DNA of 64,000 nt from Lama glama (GCA_028534125.1 CM052817.1:40240001-40304000); one strand, 5' to 3'; shown: positions 48,919-62,600, numbered from the stretch's first letter. The notes: a model not told the origin generated them from the sequence alone. Numbers and translations: made by a program.

Positions 48919-51900
48919 GAGACCCGGCACAGAATTAGTCTTGATTTTCACGCAAGAAACGGAAGAAACCAGTTTCTTCTATCCCTGCAAAGCCCCCATC
49001 CCTGACCGCTTAGTGACGCCCGGTTGCACTTCTACGGTCCCAGAAGTTTCTCAGCGAGAAAACCAACCACATGGCGGGAGCTCTCTGTCCCCAGCACAAT
49101 GCTTCGATTATGGCCCTGCAGATCCCTTCCAGGACCTGTCCCCTTCTGGCCAGTGCGTTCTGTCACAGCACCTGTAGTTCTCCCGACCCCCACCGTCTTT
49201 CCTAGGACCCGCAGCCCTGCGGGCAGGGGAGGGAGCCCAGGAGCCCACCACTCCCACAGCGTCCCCCACCAATCTCCTTGGGCCCCAGAGGCTCGGTTCC
49301 TGCCCTGCACAACTCCAGTCGCTGACCTTAGAACCACCTCAGAGACCCCGCGCCCCAGTAACTAGTTTTGGCGTCAGTCGCTATAGTGGCCTTAGCTGGG
49401 ACAAAAGACCCTGGCTTTGATGTCCTGGGCTGAGAACTTGACATGGTAATCCAAGAAGCCCTCTCAGCTTCCCTTTCCGAGCTCACCAAGGAACCGGGGC
49501 AAGAGAAACGCAACCTGCTTTTATTTCCAGAGGGGAAGAGGAAGGAAGAAAATAAGACCTCTTTCTGCAAAGCTTTTAATTTGGCATAGTGCCAGCTCCA
49601 AATGCTTAGGTTGATAATGGTGACACTTGGGTTCCAAGCTTTCCCTTGAAACGGTGCAGTACCTACTCTTGGAAGCAAACCCATCCAGAAGATGGGTGCC
49701 TCTTGGGGAGGGGTGTGTGGCTGAGCAGAGCTGAGGAATGATGAGAGGGGCAGGGGTCTTCCGGAATCTGTGAAGCCTTTGAAAGCTTTGGGTAGCCTCC
49801 CTGCTCAGCGCTCCCCCACTCAGTGCTCCTCTCAATTCAGTGTCCTTTTCACCATCTTATTTGTTATGTGTTGGTTCATCTTCCTGTCTTCCTTCTTCCT
49901 TTACCTCCAAATGACTAGACTGTAGGATACACAGCCACTGCCTCATGGACACACTCCCCCGTTGCCAGCCAGAACCCTTACCCCCAGAGCCTCCATGGAG
50001 CTCCTCCCTCCTGCCCACCTCCCCCAGGGGCAGGACAGTGCCTTTGGACTTCAGGGCCCACCTCCCTCCAGGGCACTGGGGCTTAGCCTTAATAGCTGCA
50101 GTGTCAGAGGGAACACTTAAAATATTATCTTACATGCCCGGAGTTCCTCAGGGCCCACAGGCTCTGCCTCTTACAGCCGCCCACCCGCTAGCCCTGGCTC
50201 CCACCAGGAGTCACAAGGACAAGGCCTCCTCTCCAGGTTTGCCAAGTCACCTCTGCCCTTTCCAGGCCACCCTCTGTGGTGAAGACAGAATTTCTGTTCT
50301 GAAAGACCTTGGCCAGAGGACACCATCCTTGGCCCCGCACTTCTCCAGCTTCCCTGGAGAAGTCAACACACTGCAGGATTCTGGGTTCCCCTTTTGTGGG
50401 TGATGTTGCCAAGCCCCATCCTTGTGCCTCTCTGCATAGTCTAATGCCTTAGCTACCTTTCATCAGTTCCATTCCCTGAATCTTGATTCTCTCCCTACCT
50501 GGGCTTCATTGCTCCCACCTCCCACCAAAACAAACAGAAGAACAAAACAAAAACAAAAAGAATAGACAATGGTGGATGCTGTAGTTTCAAGGTCCAAAAT
50601 TGTGACTTAGAAACATTCCAGATACGTGAGTCTTATCTGATGGATATCTTGTGAGAGAAGAAATGAAGGACAGAGACAGCTAAGGTCAGTGTGCTGATGG
50701 CTAGGGTATTTAGGGGGACTGTTGACTCAGGGTTATTTTCAGCGAAAGCCCTGGTACCTTGAGCCACACATTTCCCCCACTGGATGGATGCCCTTTTCAC
50801 CAACTCCCGCACTGGCTCTGTTGAGCTTTAGGGCTGAGTTCATGTACCAGTGGGCTGTTCATCCACTTCAGGACCTGAGTTATCAAGGTAGTAGCTTAGC
50901 CAGTCCTTCTGTTGCTTGCCACCCTCTACCCCAGGTGAGGTTGCCATGGAAACAGGAGGCATCCATGCAGCACACCCAGCAGAGGATGTGTTAGGTGTGC
51001 AGTGTGCAGAGAGTAATTTGTGTGGTGGTAAAATGTCATACATGAAAAATCCATTGAATTGTTCAGTCCAAACCTCCCGTGCCCCACCCCCACCCCACCA
51101 CCTTTTTATGACTCTCCTTTGGGACAGAGCAAGTTGTTGTCCCTTCTTATCCTTGTCTTCTGAGTAGGCAGGCTGTCAGAGCAGAACATTCGTGGTGCCC
51201 ACAGGTCCTGAAGGATGAGTTTATGACTTTCAAGGACAGAACACCAAGTCCGAATGGAGGAAAAACCTCCATCTGAAGGCTTGAGCTCACGAGAGTGCCT
51301 GCTTTCAAGGTTTTTGGCCAAAGGGGCAGTTAGTCCGTGCCCTGAACCCAAAGACAAATAGCACAGGGGAGTGAGGAGCAACATTCATGGTGTTGAGGTC
51401 AAAGTCCTAGGGCTCCTTCCCAATGAGTTTGTCCTGTCTCCAGGCATTCTGGCCTTTGGTTTCCAGAAACGTGAGGGACGTTTCTGGTTTCCTTCAAAAC
51501 GTCATCAGAGTCCCTGAATGTGTGTAGGTGACATCATGGGTTTTTTCCTCCATAGGATAACTTCAATGACAATACCAGTACTTTGCCCTGCTCCCTTGCA
51601 TCATGTCCCAGAGCAAACATGCCACTGCTAAGATAGATACAGGATTCTCTGGTGCCCTTCTGATTGCTGGAACCTGGCCTATGGCAAGGAGGCTGAGAGG
51701 TGGCAGGGATTGACAAGGCAGTCTGGCAAGAGAGAGGGTCAGGAGAGGCTGGCCCACCAGTCAAATTCTGCCCAATTCTGAGAGTTGCCCAAAGATGAGC
51801 TGTCTCTCCTGTCAGACATTGGGTAACCTACATCCACCCCTTAGATGGTCCCGATGTCTTGGTTGAGTTGTGCTTCTGTTTCTACCAAGTCTCTAATGTT

Positions 51901-51964
51901 GTTGAGGACCTACAAGAGCGCTCGGCCGTGGACTTCTGTGTTACCTCCCAGTGTTCTATGGGGA

Positions 51965-52200
51965 GCGCAGCTCAGAAGAGACAGCTCTGAATGCGGATTC
52001 CTGCTCTTCTGTGTCCTTACCAGCTGCATGGCCTTGGACAGGCACCTCCACACCTCAGCTTTCTTACCTGTAAAATAGGTATAGCAATACTTCTTGCTCG
52101 TGAGGTTGTGAGAATTAAATTCGATAACTTGTGTAAATTGCCCAGCACAGCGCAGGCCCTTACTTGATCGTCAGTGATCATTAGCTGCTGTTATTATTAT
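51965..52200 (+). mobile_element. MIR SINE relic
   Basis: ggccttggacagg...cctcagctttcttacctgtaaaatagg...gaggttgtgagaattaaat...ttagctgctgttattatt. Confidence 0.75.
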
Positions 52201-54009
52201 TTGTCCTGATACTGGCTTTTTTTCTTCAGTAGAAGGTGAAAAAGGCCCTCTTTCAGCACAATAAGTTCTACAAAGCTGGCACAGGACATGGCTTCGTTGC
52301 CTGCGTTGCATGGAAAAGATTGCTTTGGCTTGGGAAACAAAGGTTCTTTCTCAAAGGCCCCGAAGAGGAATGAACACAGATCCCTCCTGTCCTCCCTCCC
52401 TCCCCCGCTCCCTCCCTTTCATCCTCTCTTCCTCCTATTTTCCTCCCAAAGGCCACTGTTTTGTAGACAAGAACCTTTTTGTTCAGCTGACAACTCACCT
52501 GGTCTTTACTGGTTTTAGGGGGTTTTTCGGCAGAGCCGGTTACAATTGCTGTAAAAACAGGGCCAGATCTTTTCTCTAAATGTTTTAGGTCAAGTTTTGA
52601 CTTTTTTGCCCACTCATGTCTCCTTGTGTTATCTTTAAAAAAAACTTTAATATTTAAACTACTAAAAAAAAAAAACCTAAAAAACATAAAAGAATCTTTC
52701 TCTTAAACCCTGTAATTCCTAGCCCATTGTTGCAACTCTTGCATTTTTAATAAGCGGGCAAGCACTAAGAGCCTTACCCCAGGCTGGGCGGAGTGCAGTG
52801 AGACCCAAGAGGATGGACTGTGCTTTTGCTGGCTTAAAGTCCCAACCAGTATAAATATAGGTCGAGGTTAACATTATTAACTTGGTTTTTCCTAAAGCTG
52901 GTCAAGGTCACTGTAGACTGCCCTGTGATCCTGAAATGAGAAGTGGCGCTGCAGGGTGGGAGCCAGAGCTGGAATCCCAGCGTTGCCACTTTGTTCAGCT
53001 TCAGACAGGCCACTTTCCAGCGTGGGAGCCTCAGTGCTGTGAAATGGGGATGACGACAGTGCGCGGAGAGTTGTTTTAAGACTTGGGGCAAGTGTTAAAG
53101 TGGTACCAGAGGTTAGACATGCAGTGCTCTCTACTGCGAGGTCTGAATCAGGAACCCGCACGGCTTCGGCGTCTATCTGTCTGTCTGGGACTTGGAGCAT
53201 TTGTGACTCAGAAATAAGGCAGAGCTTTACATCCAAATTATCAGCCTGACCATGTGTAACATTTTAGTTCTCACCTTGTCTAGTTTTGTGTATTATATAA
53301 ACTTAAAATAATTGCTTGGAAAAGCCACTGATAGATTTACAAAAGGGTGACACAGCCATGGTGGCTTCTTTAAATGTTTATAAAAGGCATCACCATCTTT
53401 GGGTGGCATGATTCTGGTGGAGTGTTTATTGTGACATTCTGTAGTCTCTGTGTGCAGTCTCCCCATCCCTCTACTGGGACATATCCTGTTTCTATGGAGG
53501 TGGCACCACCCTGGAGTTCCGAGTAGGGGCTTTGGAGTCAGGGGGTCTGGGTTCAAAGCCTAGCCCCTGTAGGTACAGGCTGGGACAAACCACCTGCCCT
53601 CCCCAGCCTAGTCCCCAGCTGCACAGGGAGGAGAACAGTACAGCCAGCATCAAGTCACAGCTGGAGAAAAATGGAGCAACACAGTAAAGACCTGGACCCT
53701 TAGTGCTTCCCTTCGCTCCTTCCCTTCCTTTAGCTCCTCCTTCGCCAGGGGGACTTGTTCCCACCTGCCCCTGGTTGTCGGAAATCCCTGGTCATGGGTA
53801 AAGGCAGCTGGTTTCTGACTTTATTTCCCCTGGCAGTGGTGGGTTGGTGGCCACCACAACAGGCACCTGCCCTCCTCCCTCGTAAACGCCGGCCATTTGT
53901 TCACTCTGAGCGTGAACCGACAGGAGCGAGACCCTCTCGGTCGCACATGCAATCACAGATTCATCCACCCACCAATTCATTCATCTTTTCCACTCCAACT
54001 ATTGTCAAA

Positions 54010-54168
54010 ATCCATCAGAATCACTTGGGGATCCTTTAAAATATTCAGAAGCCGGGCCACCACCCGGACCTACTGTACTGGAATCTCTAGGATGAGGCCC
54101 TGGCTTTTTTTTTTTTTGAAAAAGGTCTTTGAATGTTTCTGGTGCACAGCTGGGCTGAGAACCATTAT
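54010..54168. mobile_element. hAT-Charlie (MER5A-like) relic; similar copies near 26605-26730, 55075-55225 and 59770-59950
   Basis: catcagaatcacttgggg...tactgtactggaatctctaggatgaggccc...gggctgagaacca. Confidence 0.6.
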
Positions 54169-55589
54169 TTAATTCCCTTATTCAATCGTGCTTATTACTC
54201 TCCCATTACTTGCTGGCACCCCCACCATCCCTGACTTCAGGGCACTTAAGGCCAGTTGGACAGACAGACCAGTGCACAGGTGAGAACTGCCAGGGCAGCA
54301 GTAGTTACACAGCCCCAGCCTGGGGAGTCGGGGAGGCTCCCCAGAGGAGGAGACTGGACTGAGCCCAGCAGGAGGCCTGATGCTGGTTGGTCAAGAGGTT
54401 TGGATGGGATGGCATTGTGGCCACAGGCTACAGAGCTCCTGACAGATGAGAGAAGAGACCGAGTGGGACTGTCAAGGACCTGATGGTTCAGCGAGGCTGG
54501 AGGTGATCAGCACCCAGATCCAGGGTGAGGGGGATTCACCAGGACCAGCAGGACTGGGAGGAGATCAGGCTTGCGGAGAGGCTGCCCTTCAGCCTTCACC
54601 TGACTCTCACCTCCTCCTCTCAGCCTATCACTCACCAACAGTTCTTGGTGTGCCTTTTCTAGAGCAGGCAGTTGCCGGTGGGATGAGTGAGTCTGAAGAT
54701 TTCAGGAAAGACCCTGGGGCACATACCTTGGAGCAGGTGTGCAATGGGGCCAGGCGGATCCCTTGGGCTGGCCAGAGCTGAGGGGGAGCCAGGAATACTG
54801 CCTGAGCTGGGCATTGGATTTCACAGACTCAGATATTGTCCCAGGACTAAGTGACTAAAACGCCCGAAGGCTATTACAGTGCAGGCTCACCAGACCCAGA
54901 GCGCTCTGCTCCGCCAGACATGCTCCTCCAATCTCTGCTCTTTCCTTTGTTTCTAAAAGGCATGTGTGTTGCGGGGCAGGGGTTCTCCTCATCTCACGTC
55001 CTCCCTTAAACCCAGGTATAAACAGCTGGTTCTCACCAGCCCTTCTTCCTTGTCCTGCAAAGGCTGGCAGGGTCCCCATGGGCTGCAACCTGCTGACCAA
55101 CAACAGCAGCACCTGGGAGCTTGTTAGAAGATGCTCCCAGACCCCATCCTGGACCTACTTAATCAGCACCTGTATTTTAATAAGGTCTCCAGGTGACCCA
55201 TCTGCTCGCTGAAGTTAGAGAAGCGGTCCCCCAGGTGGGACCGCACAGGCCGGCGGGGCAGAGACACGAGTGGGACTCAGCGGCTCTTCCTTTTCCCTTT
55301 CGACGGCCTTCTCCCCTTTGTTCCCCCTCCTTCCCTCCTGCCTCCTTGTAGCTTATTTTAGAACATGTCGGGATCCTGCTTCTCTTGCCAGCAAAAGGGT
55401 GTTGCTAAAATCTTTCAGCCGGCAGTAGCGATGTTTAATTCATAGGCTGAGAAATTAATTTTATTTTCATGAGTAGAGCTGGGGGAAAATAACAGGAAGG
55501 CTCTGTGCATGGCCCTTGGGAATTCAGCTTGCCTGCTAAACAGATGAACTGGTAAAGGTGAGGAGGCCTCAGGAGACGGCCACCTTCCA

Positions 55590-56090
55590 CAAGGGATGCT
55601 TCTGGCCTCAAGAAGCACAAAACTCAACTTTAAATGGCTTAATGACAAGGAAAATGTCTAATTTCACTGATCAGTAATCCTGAGGCAGGGCACTTCTGGG
55701 ATGACTCAATAACATGATCAAACAGCAGGTTTCATTTCTGCCGTGGTGGCCTTGTGGAATGTAGTTTTCCTCATGGTTACAGAATGGCTCCCGGAGCTCC
55801 AGGCAGCACATGGAGTTACAACAATGTCCCACAGAAGACAGAGGCTGCCTGCTCCTGAAGTCTCATCAGAGAGAAACTCTCCCTGTGTCTCACAGCTGTC
55901 TCCTCAAGTCTCACTAGGAGGGTTGTGTCCCATGTCCCTGGTTAAACCATTACTGACAAATGATTCAGGCTAATCAGGGTTGGCCGCTGAGCCACATGCC
56001 ACATAAGGTGGGGGTTAACACCAAACAAAACCCAGGCTCTGGGGGAAGGGAGAAGTGGGCATGGCTGCTGGGACAGCCAATGCCTCTGCT
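55590..56090. mobile_element. ERVL-MaLR (MLT1-type) LTR relic
   Basis: cacaaaactcaactttaaatggcttaatgacaagg...ggggaagggagaag..atggctgctgggacagccaa. Confidence 0.5.
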
Positions 56091-56702
56091 CCAAGGCCTG
56101 CCTTCACTCCCTCTCATGACCTTCCCTCTTTGGTGTCCCCTCCATTCCCTGGAGAGGCTCTGGGCTCATATTTTAGAGTGCTCTTCTCCCCTGCTCCCTA
56201 CCCTCTACGCTTGTCTCCAATCCTGTCTTTACAGTGAGTTGTAAGTGTCTGCCTTTTCCAGGAGGCTCTGAGCCCTTCCAAGGCATTTCTGCCTCCCCAG
56301 GACCTGGCACACAGCCTCTGCTCAACATGCACAGTGTTGGGGGAATGGATGAAGGAAGAGATAGGTTAATGAGTTTAATCTCTGTGTGGCCTTTCTTTCT
56401 AAGGAAAGTTTGCATTTTGTCTCTTAATTTTAAAAATGTGTTTTCCCCTGTAAGAGAACTTTCCATGTGATTTCGGGGGAGGGACTACGGAGAGAGGAGC
56501 CCTTCTCAATGGCCCAGAAGTCTGCCTGCCCCTCTGCACCCATATCCACCTGAGTTGCCCTGTCCTCAGTGGAGAGCTTGCCAGATTCTCTGTTGCTCTT
56601 CTGGGTATTTATGGGGTGAGGCAGGGCAGGGGAAGGTTGTTCTGGGCTCAGGGAATTGTTAAATTCCCTGTGGGAGAACTGAACTAAAAAGAAAAAGATG
56701 GA

Positions 56703-56830
56703 GGGTGGGTGGGTGGTAAAGCACCTACATAGATTGCACAGGGTCCTGGATTCAAACCCCAGTATTGCTGTTAAAAAAAAGAAAAGAAGAAGAAGAAAAA
56801 GAAAATATTTAAAAAACAAGAAAATAAAAG
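56703..56830 (+). mobile_element. Diverged tRNA-derived SINE (Vic-1-like)
   Basis: gtggtaaagc...ggtcctggattcaaaccccagta plus A tail; 17-bp TSD aaaaagaaaaagatgga at 56686-56702 and 56831-56847. Confidence 0.8.
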
Positions 56831-59179
56831 AAAAAGAAAAAGATGGAAAATGAGTGACTTAGACTGTGTTCTTTACCAAGGTTTCCATGGTGACACACTT
56901 TCTCCAAACTGATGAATGGTTTTTTCGGCTGGTCATTGTTTTTGTCCTTCAGGTGACACAGAAACTCAGGTGATAAAGTCAGAGCCAAATTTCAGTGCTC
57001 GTGCCTCAGGCTTTATCTAAAAAAGCATTTTAAGGTCCACTTAACCTGACCCAGCAGGTACTTTTTATTGGCACAAACAACCTAGAAATGAAGCATCTTA
57101 CTTAAGAGGAAGGTGCTGGCTCTGTGATCAGGGAAACAAAACAATAGCTGCCAGCTAGAGAGTATGGAAAACTGTATTGTAAAGATCACACATGGGGGGA
57201 CTGCGCAGAGCAGGACTGTAGTGTAGCCGTGGAGTAAACTCTGAGTCAAATGTTGCATGTAGGCTGCCGACTTAAGGCCGGCGCTTAATCCATGTCTTTG
57301 GGGTGGTCGTTGGGTGGCTGGTTAGGAGCTGGTTACTACTCTCCTTATACAGAGGAGACATTGATGTGTAATTAAGGTCTTCAGGATTGTGGAAATTTCC
57401 TGCGATTGCCCTGGAAATGGGGGAAGAAAGTCAAATACCAGTGGACTTGGAAATGAAGAGATAAAGAATAGAGTTTAAAACTTGGGTTTAAATTAGTTTT
57501 CTTCTTATATCACTGTTATGTAAATATCATCATGCACTTGGAATTTGACTGTATTGGTTTTAGCTTGGTTCCTTAAAGAGATAATGGCTTGTAAATGCAA
57601 TCTGTGACCCAAATGAGCCAAGCCATCTCCCATAAACAGCATCTTCCACCTCATCATCAAAATGCACTTGTCAAGCAAGCAGTTAATTTCCTATGGTGTT
57701 GAGCCAAGTACGGTGTAAAACAAAAAACCCAAAACCCAAAAAACAGAGATCTGATCTCTCCCTTCCTACCTTTTATAAATCAAAGGAACAGCTGTGGTTT
57801 CCTCCCAGTAGTGTATCCAACTTAATGTTCTCTCAGTACGGGTAGAAATAGAAAGTAAAATACTCTTACTTCTTTAAAAGTTTCATGCATGAAATTAGAA
57901 ATGAATGCCTGAAATTTAACTGTTTTGTGGAGTAGTTTGTCAATCCACTCCTTTAATAAATATGTTCATAAGCAGCTTTTGCAGATGGTTACAATGTAGC
58001 TGGTCTCTAGTCTCAACCTATGACTCACTAGAGTGTCCCTGAAAGCATTTGTTTTGCCCTAGAGTCTCTTTATAAGCAAAAGAAGATATTTATTAGCAAG
58101 TGTGGATAGTGCCCACATACCTGCCCCTCCCGTCTCCCACCCCCAAATCCATTGTGTTTGGCTCCCTAGCTCTTGACAAGTGGGTGAGTCATTAACATTT
58201 TTTAGCCCTACTCAAGTTACTCCAGGGTCTTGACTCCATCTGGAGCTCTAGGGAGAGTTGTCACTACCCTCTGAGTGTAGACTGAATATGAACCTAAACT
58301 TGGCAGAGCTCCCATGAGGGTCGGAATAAACCACAGTTATTAGTGCTAATATTCCCTCGTGCACAGAGCTGCTGTTCAGTGAGTGTGTGCCGCTAGGGCT
58401 CTACCAGTGGTTAAAATATTGAATAGCTGTGCCTCCCCTGGTACTCCTGGAATTCCCAACAATCCAAGAGCTTAAGGATCAATACCTGGCAGCTGTGGGG
58501 CTTAAATCTAAATCTGTTCTGACTGGTTTTGATTGGCTGATGTCAAATACTTTTAATATCACCTCTGCATGTGCATCCTTGTTATCATATGATGCGTATA
58601 ATCTTCAGCTTCTATCCCCTTCACAATTCTGTTCTAATTTAATGAGAACTTTAAAAAAATCAGACTGTCGTTCTGGCTTAATTTTATATCCCAAACCATG
58701 GAAGGAAAAGTGTAAGAGCTTAATCTAAATTCTGGGGTAGAAGCTAATTCACCTGTCCTAATAAAAATTCCTTTTGTGATAGAGACAATTTATGTCTAAA
58801 AGGTGATTTTAATTTTATTTTCTAGTTTATGATTGCCTTTATGGAAGATCCCCCCCAAAAGATTTGATATTAATTTTATCATCAGAAAAAATAACATTGT
58901 AAGGATAAGATTGTGAAGGTGCATCTCTAGTTGCTGGGTATTGGGAGGACAGAATGTGGAGGACCTTGTCGTGAATCCAGGTGGTACTCCTGGTTCACAG
59001 ACCATTGCCTGTGATGTTGTAAACGATGTCTAGGTTTCCAGCAGCCCAGGGTCAGTGCCACTCAAACCATACCTGGGCTTGGTAGAGGAAATTGTTTCAA
59101 TGATAGAAAATGTCAAATGCACACAAAAGTAAAGAGAACGGAGTCTGTACTCCCACAACCCCTCCTAGGCTGGGGATTT

Positions 59180-59610
59180 TTTTCTTTATAACATTTTACT
59201 TTGATATATAATTTCAGACACATAGAGCAGCTTTAAGGCAACTCCCATATATACTCTACCCAGACTGAACAATTTGCATCTTATACCATTGGCTTTATCG
59301 TGTTTTCTGTGCATATGTATTGTATATATATGTGTGTATGTACTATTTTTTTTGAGCCATTTGAGAATAAGTTGAAGATATTGTGTCTTTTTATGTCTAA
59401 ATACTTCAGTATGTATTTCATAATAATAAGAATATAGCCACAGTACAATGATTGAAACCAGGGATTTAACCTTGATATTATCTAATCCACAGTGGATAGT
59501 CAAATGTCATCAGGTATCCTAGCAATGTCCTTTATAGTTTTTGGGTTTTTTTTTCCTTTAGGATTGTGTTGAAGCAAATTCCAGACAATTGCATCTCTAA
59601 ATACTTAAGT
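59180..59610 (-). mobile_element. Old LINE-1 (L1M-type) 3' fragment
   Basis: tttgagccatttgagaataagttgaag...ctaaatacttcagtatgtattt resembles an L1ME/L1MC 3' UTR in reverse. Confidence 0.6.
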
Positions 59611-62600
59611 ATCGAGTATTAGTGGGGGTGATTCTGGCTACATCGTCCACAAAGAAAACCTCGGGGACCACCTTTCCCCTACCAATGGCCCCAGTTCTTT
59701 GGGGGAAACAGCCTTCAGAGGCAGTTTTCAGAAGTGGGGAGGAGTATAAGCTGAGAAGCAGGCGGTAGTTCTCAGGGTGGTCTGGGAGCTGTGTACTGGG
59801 CTCATCTGAGTTGCTCATGGAACGTGCTGATTTGGGGGCTCTCCCCCGACTCTACAGGATGAGGACCTCTGGGAGCAGCCCGGGGCTCTGCATTTTAACA
59901 GGCGCTGCAGGTGGCTCTTATACTCTGTGTGCTGGAGGCGCTCTGACCCAGGGGCAGGTGGCCTGGGAGGGATGCTGTGCTCCTCTCAGTTAAACACTGC
60001 TTTCCCTTCCCCCTCCCCTGTCTCAGAACTGGTGTAAGGCTACTGTCACATTGTCTGGAATTCCACTAGCCCGAGATGCCTTAGGGTCGATAAGAGGCAG
60101 CATTTGGGAAGTGGGAATAGCTGCAAGGTCTCCCTCTCAGCACACATCTTCTTACACAGGACTGATGCGGAGGGGTGGGAGTTTCATTGTAGCGGGGAGA
60201 GTAAAGCCAGTGATACGGACCAGGAATACTTTGGTGGGGGGGTGAGCTTGTTTTCTGGGGTGGGGTAGGGTGTCATACCTGGGGGGAAAGCTGTTCAGAA
60301 GAGGTGGGAAAACCAAAACCAAAACTCAGTAGCAAGCCTCAAACAAATAGCCTTAGGCAAAAGCCTCCGCCTGCGCGGAACAGGGTCCTGAACCCCTTCT
60401 TAGGACTGATGTGAAGACTTCATTAGGTGCAGCCGCCAACTGCGCAGCCTCAGCGCCTCCCCTCGCCACCTTCCCCTCCAGGAGGAGTAGCGGTGGCATC
60501 ATTACTATCACTCCCAGGACCAGACATGCGCACTGGTGCTGTGAATCCGCTATGTAGATGTGTCCGGCTCCAGTAGACGTGTCCATCCTAGATCTGGAGG
60601 TCGATGGAGCCCTTCTCTCAGGCTCTTTCATCTCTGAGGGTCAGTGGCTTCACAGTCATCTTCATTCACTGAGGAGCAGGCGCTTCTCAGATTGGGCGCG
60701 GGGGATGCAGTGCAGCGCAGCCCGGGACAAGACACACTTTAAGGGGCATCCTGGACCCAGGCTTCTCTGCTGCCTGAGATACAAGGGCCCTTTGTAAATG
60801 TTTCTGACCCACCAACAGATGATAACCTCGGGAAGACGCCGGGCCCTAGGTGTTCACTGTGCATCCGAGGGGGGCTGAGGGCTTAATCCTAACCTGCGTC
60901 GGGTCAACATGGCCCCGTGACACAAGTGACCACCCTCACCCAGGACAGTTACCCAAGTGGATGTTTCATCTCCTCCCGCTGTGGAATCTTCCCCCTCCTT
61001 TCTCTTGGAAAGGGGCTGTGCTCTCCAAGTCCTTTTTCCTTTTGAGTGATTCTCAGGCGGTAGCTGGCGCCTGTTTAGATCTGGGGCCGGTTCAGCCTCC
61101 CTCAGGGGAGCTGGGCTGGGTTTCTCTTATTCATTGATGAGCCCGAAGAGGCGGCAGAGAGCCTTCCGAACCCAGCCAGGCCTGGAGTCTTCGCAGGGAA
61201 GGAGAAATGCACAGCCCTGAGAGCAGAGCTCGTGCTGGCCCTGTGCCCAGACTGCCCGACGTGTGGGCGCAGTCCTGGAGAAGCAGTCGGACAAGCTGGC
61301 CTCTCTGGGCCCCCTGGGGCTGCCAGGTGCTCCTTTAGTCTAGAGGTTGGAGGGAAGATTTTGGACTCAGATACATTTTTGCTGATTAACTAAAATGCCA
61401 ATCTCCCTACTTTCCCCTTGGTCAGGGCCATTCCTAGTGGACATTAATTGGGTTTATGAAAAAAAAATGTATATTTTAAAGTGCAAAAGAGTTTCCCCAG
61501 GCACCGTTGTGATGATGCTGAGTAGACAGACTGGTGTTGCCCTGTGCTGGGGTTCAGGAGCAGGGAGGGGGCGCTTCTGGGATGCACTTTTCCACCTGCT
61601 TGGAGACAGACAGGCTAAAGGTTTAGAGGCCTAATTAAGTTCTGCTTTCCATGCATTTATGGACGTGTGCCTAGTGTGGGCCAGCTGCTGGGAATACACA
61701 GATGAGCAAGCTATCACTCCTACCCACAAGATCTAGAAGGGAACTGCAGTTCAGGGTGATGAATGCCAGTACAGAAGCAGGCCTGAGGTGAGGGGCAGGG
61801 ATTGCTAGAGGAGGTGGGCATTCTAACTCTTTTAATTCACGGAACAGTAATCCTGCAGGGCCGTAGTGTCTTAACTACAGTTCTGAACAGCAACAAAACT
61901 TTGAAAACGAAATTATTTCATAACGAATGTAGAGAGGAAGCTTAACCTGATGAATGCATTTGGTAGCAAAATCGGACCTAAACTATTTATCCTATTTAGT
62001 CTGAATATTCATATTGATGTTTTGGATGACAGACCCACTCTGCATGTTACTATAATGCATAGGCATTCTATTACCTTTCTCAAATCTAAGAAATTCTGAA
62101 TCTGGAAGCACGTCTGACCCTTGGGTTTTGATAAGGGACTGTGGGCTTGTCCTGGTATCACTGCATTTTACACCTGAGCAGGCAGAGTGCAGGGCGGACT
62201 CATTGGCCCAAGATCGCAGAGCTGGTAAGGGGCAGTCAGGGCTTGCGGGAGTCTTCTTTTGATTCCTGAGCCCCGCTGGGCACCCTCAGGTGACACTATC
62301 TTGAGAGGCACTGACTTACTTCCTACACAGCAGTGATCTGGGTACTGGATTCGTGGGCAGCTCTGGAGGGGTTGGATCAGGGTAGCATTGCCCACGATTG
62401 GTTGAGATCTACCCTCTCAGTGACAGTGACAGAGATATGGGTGTCAATCTGCCCCCTTCTCCCGGGCTCAGCATGGTGGTAGTCAGGGCCTATTTAACAG
62501 AAAATGGTAATTTTGCGCCTCTCTGCCCACAGGATCTGCCATTGCTTTATGAAAAAGCTGCCCCCTCTTCCCCTGATTGTTTCTCACTGCTCCTTTTCTC

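Larger units (their letters stand above)
47570..49100. promoter_or_regulatory. CpG island / promoter of SCD5 (bounds approximate)
   Basis: Dense CpG and very high GC around SCD5 exon 1; GC boxes; inverted CCAAT box (ctgATTGGct) at 47731-47740. Confidence 0.85.

Noticed and set aside
47419..49684. Many overlapping 60-170-aa ORFs on both strands
   Set aside because: Expected from stop-codon scarcity in a CpG island; only 48128-48365 has a recognisable product (SCD5) and a proper donor.
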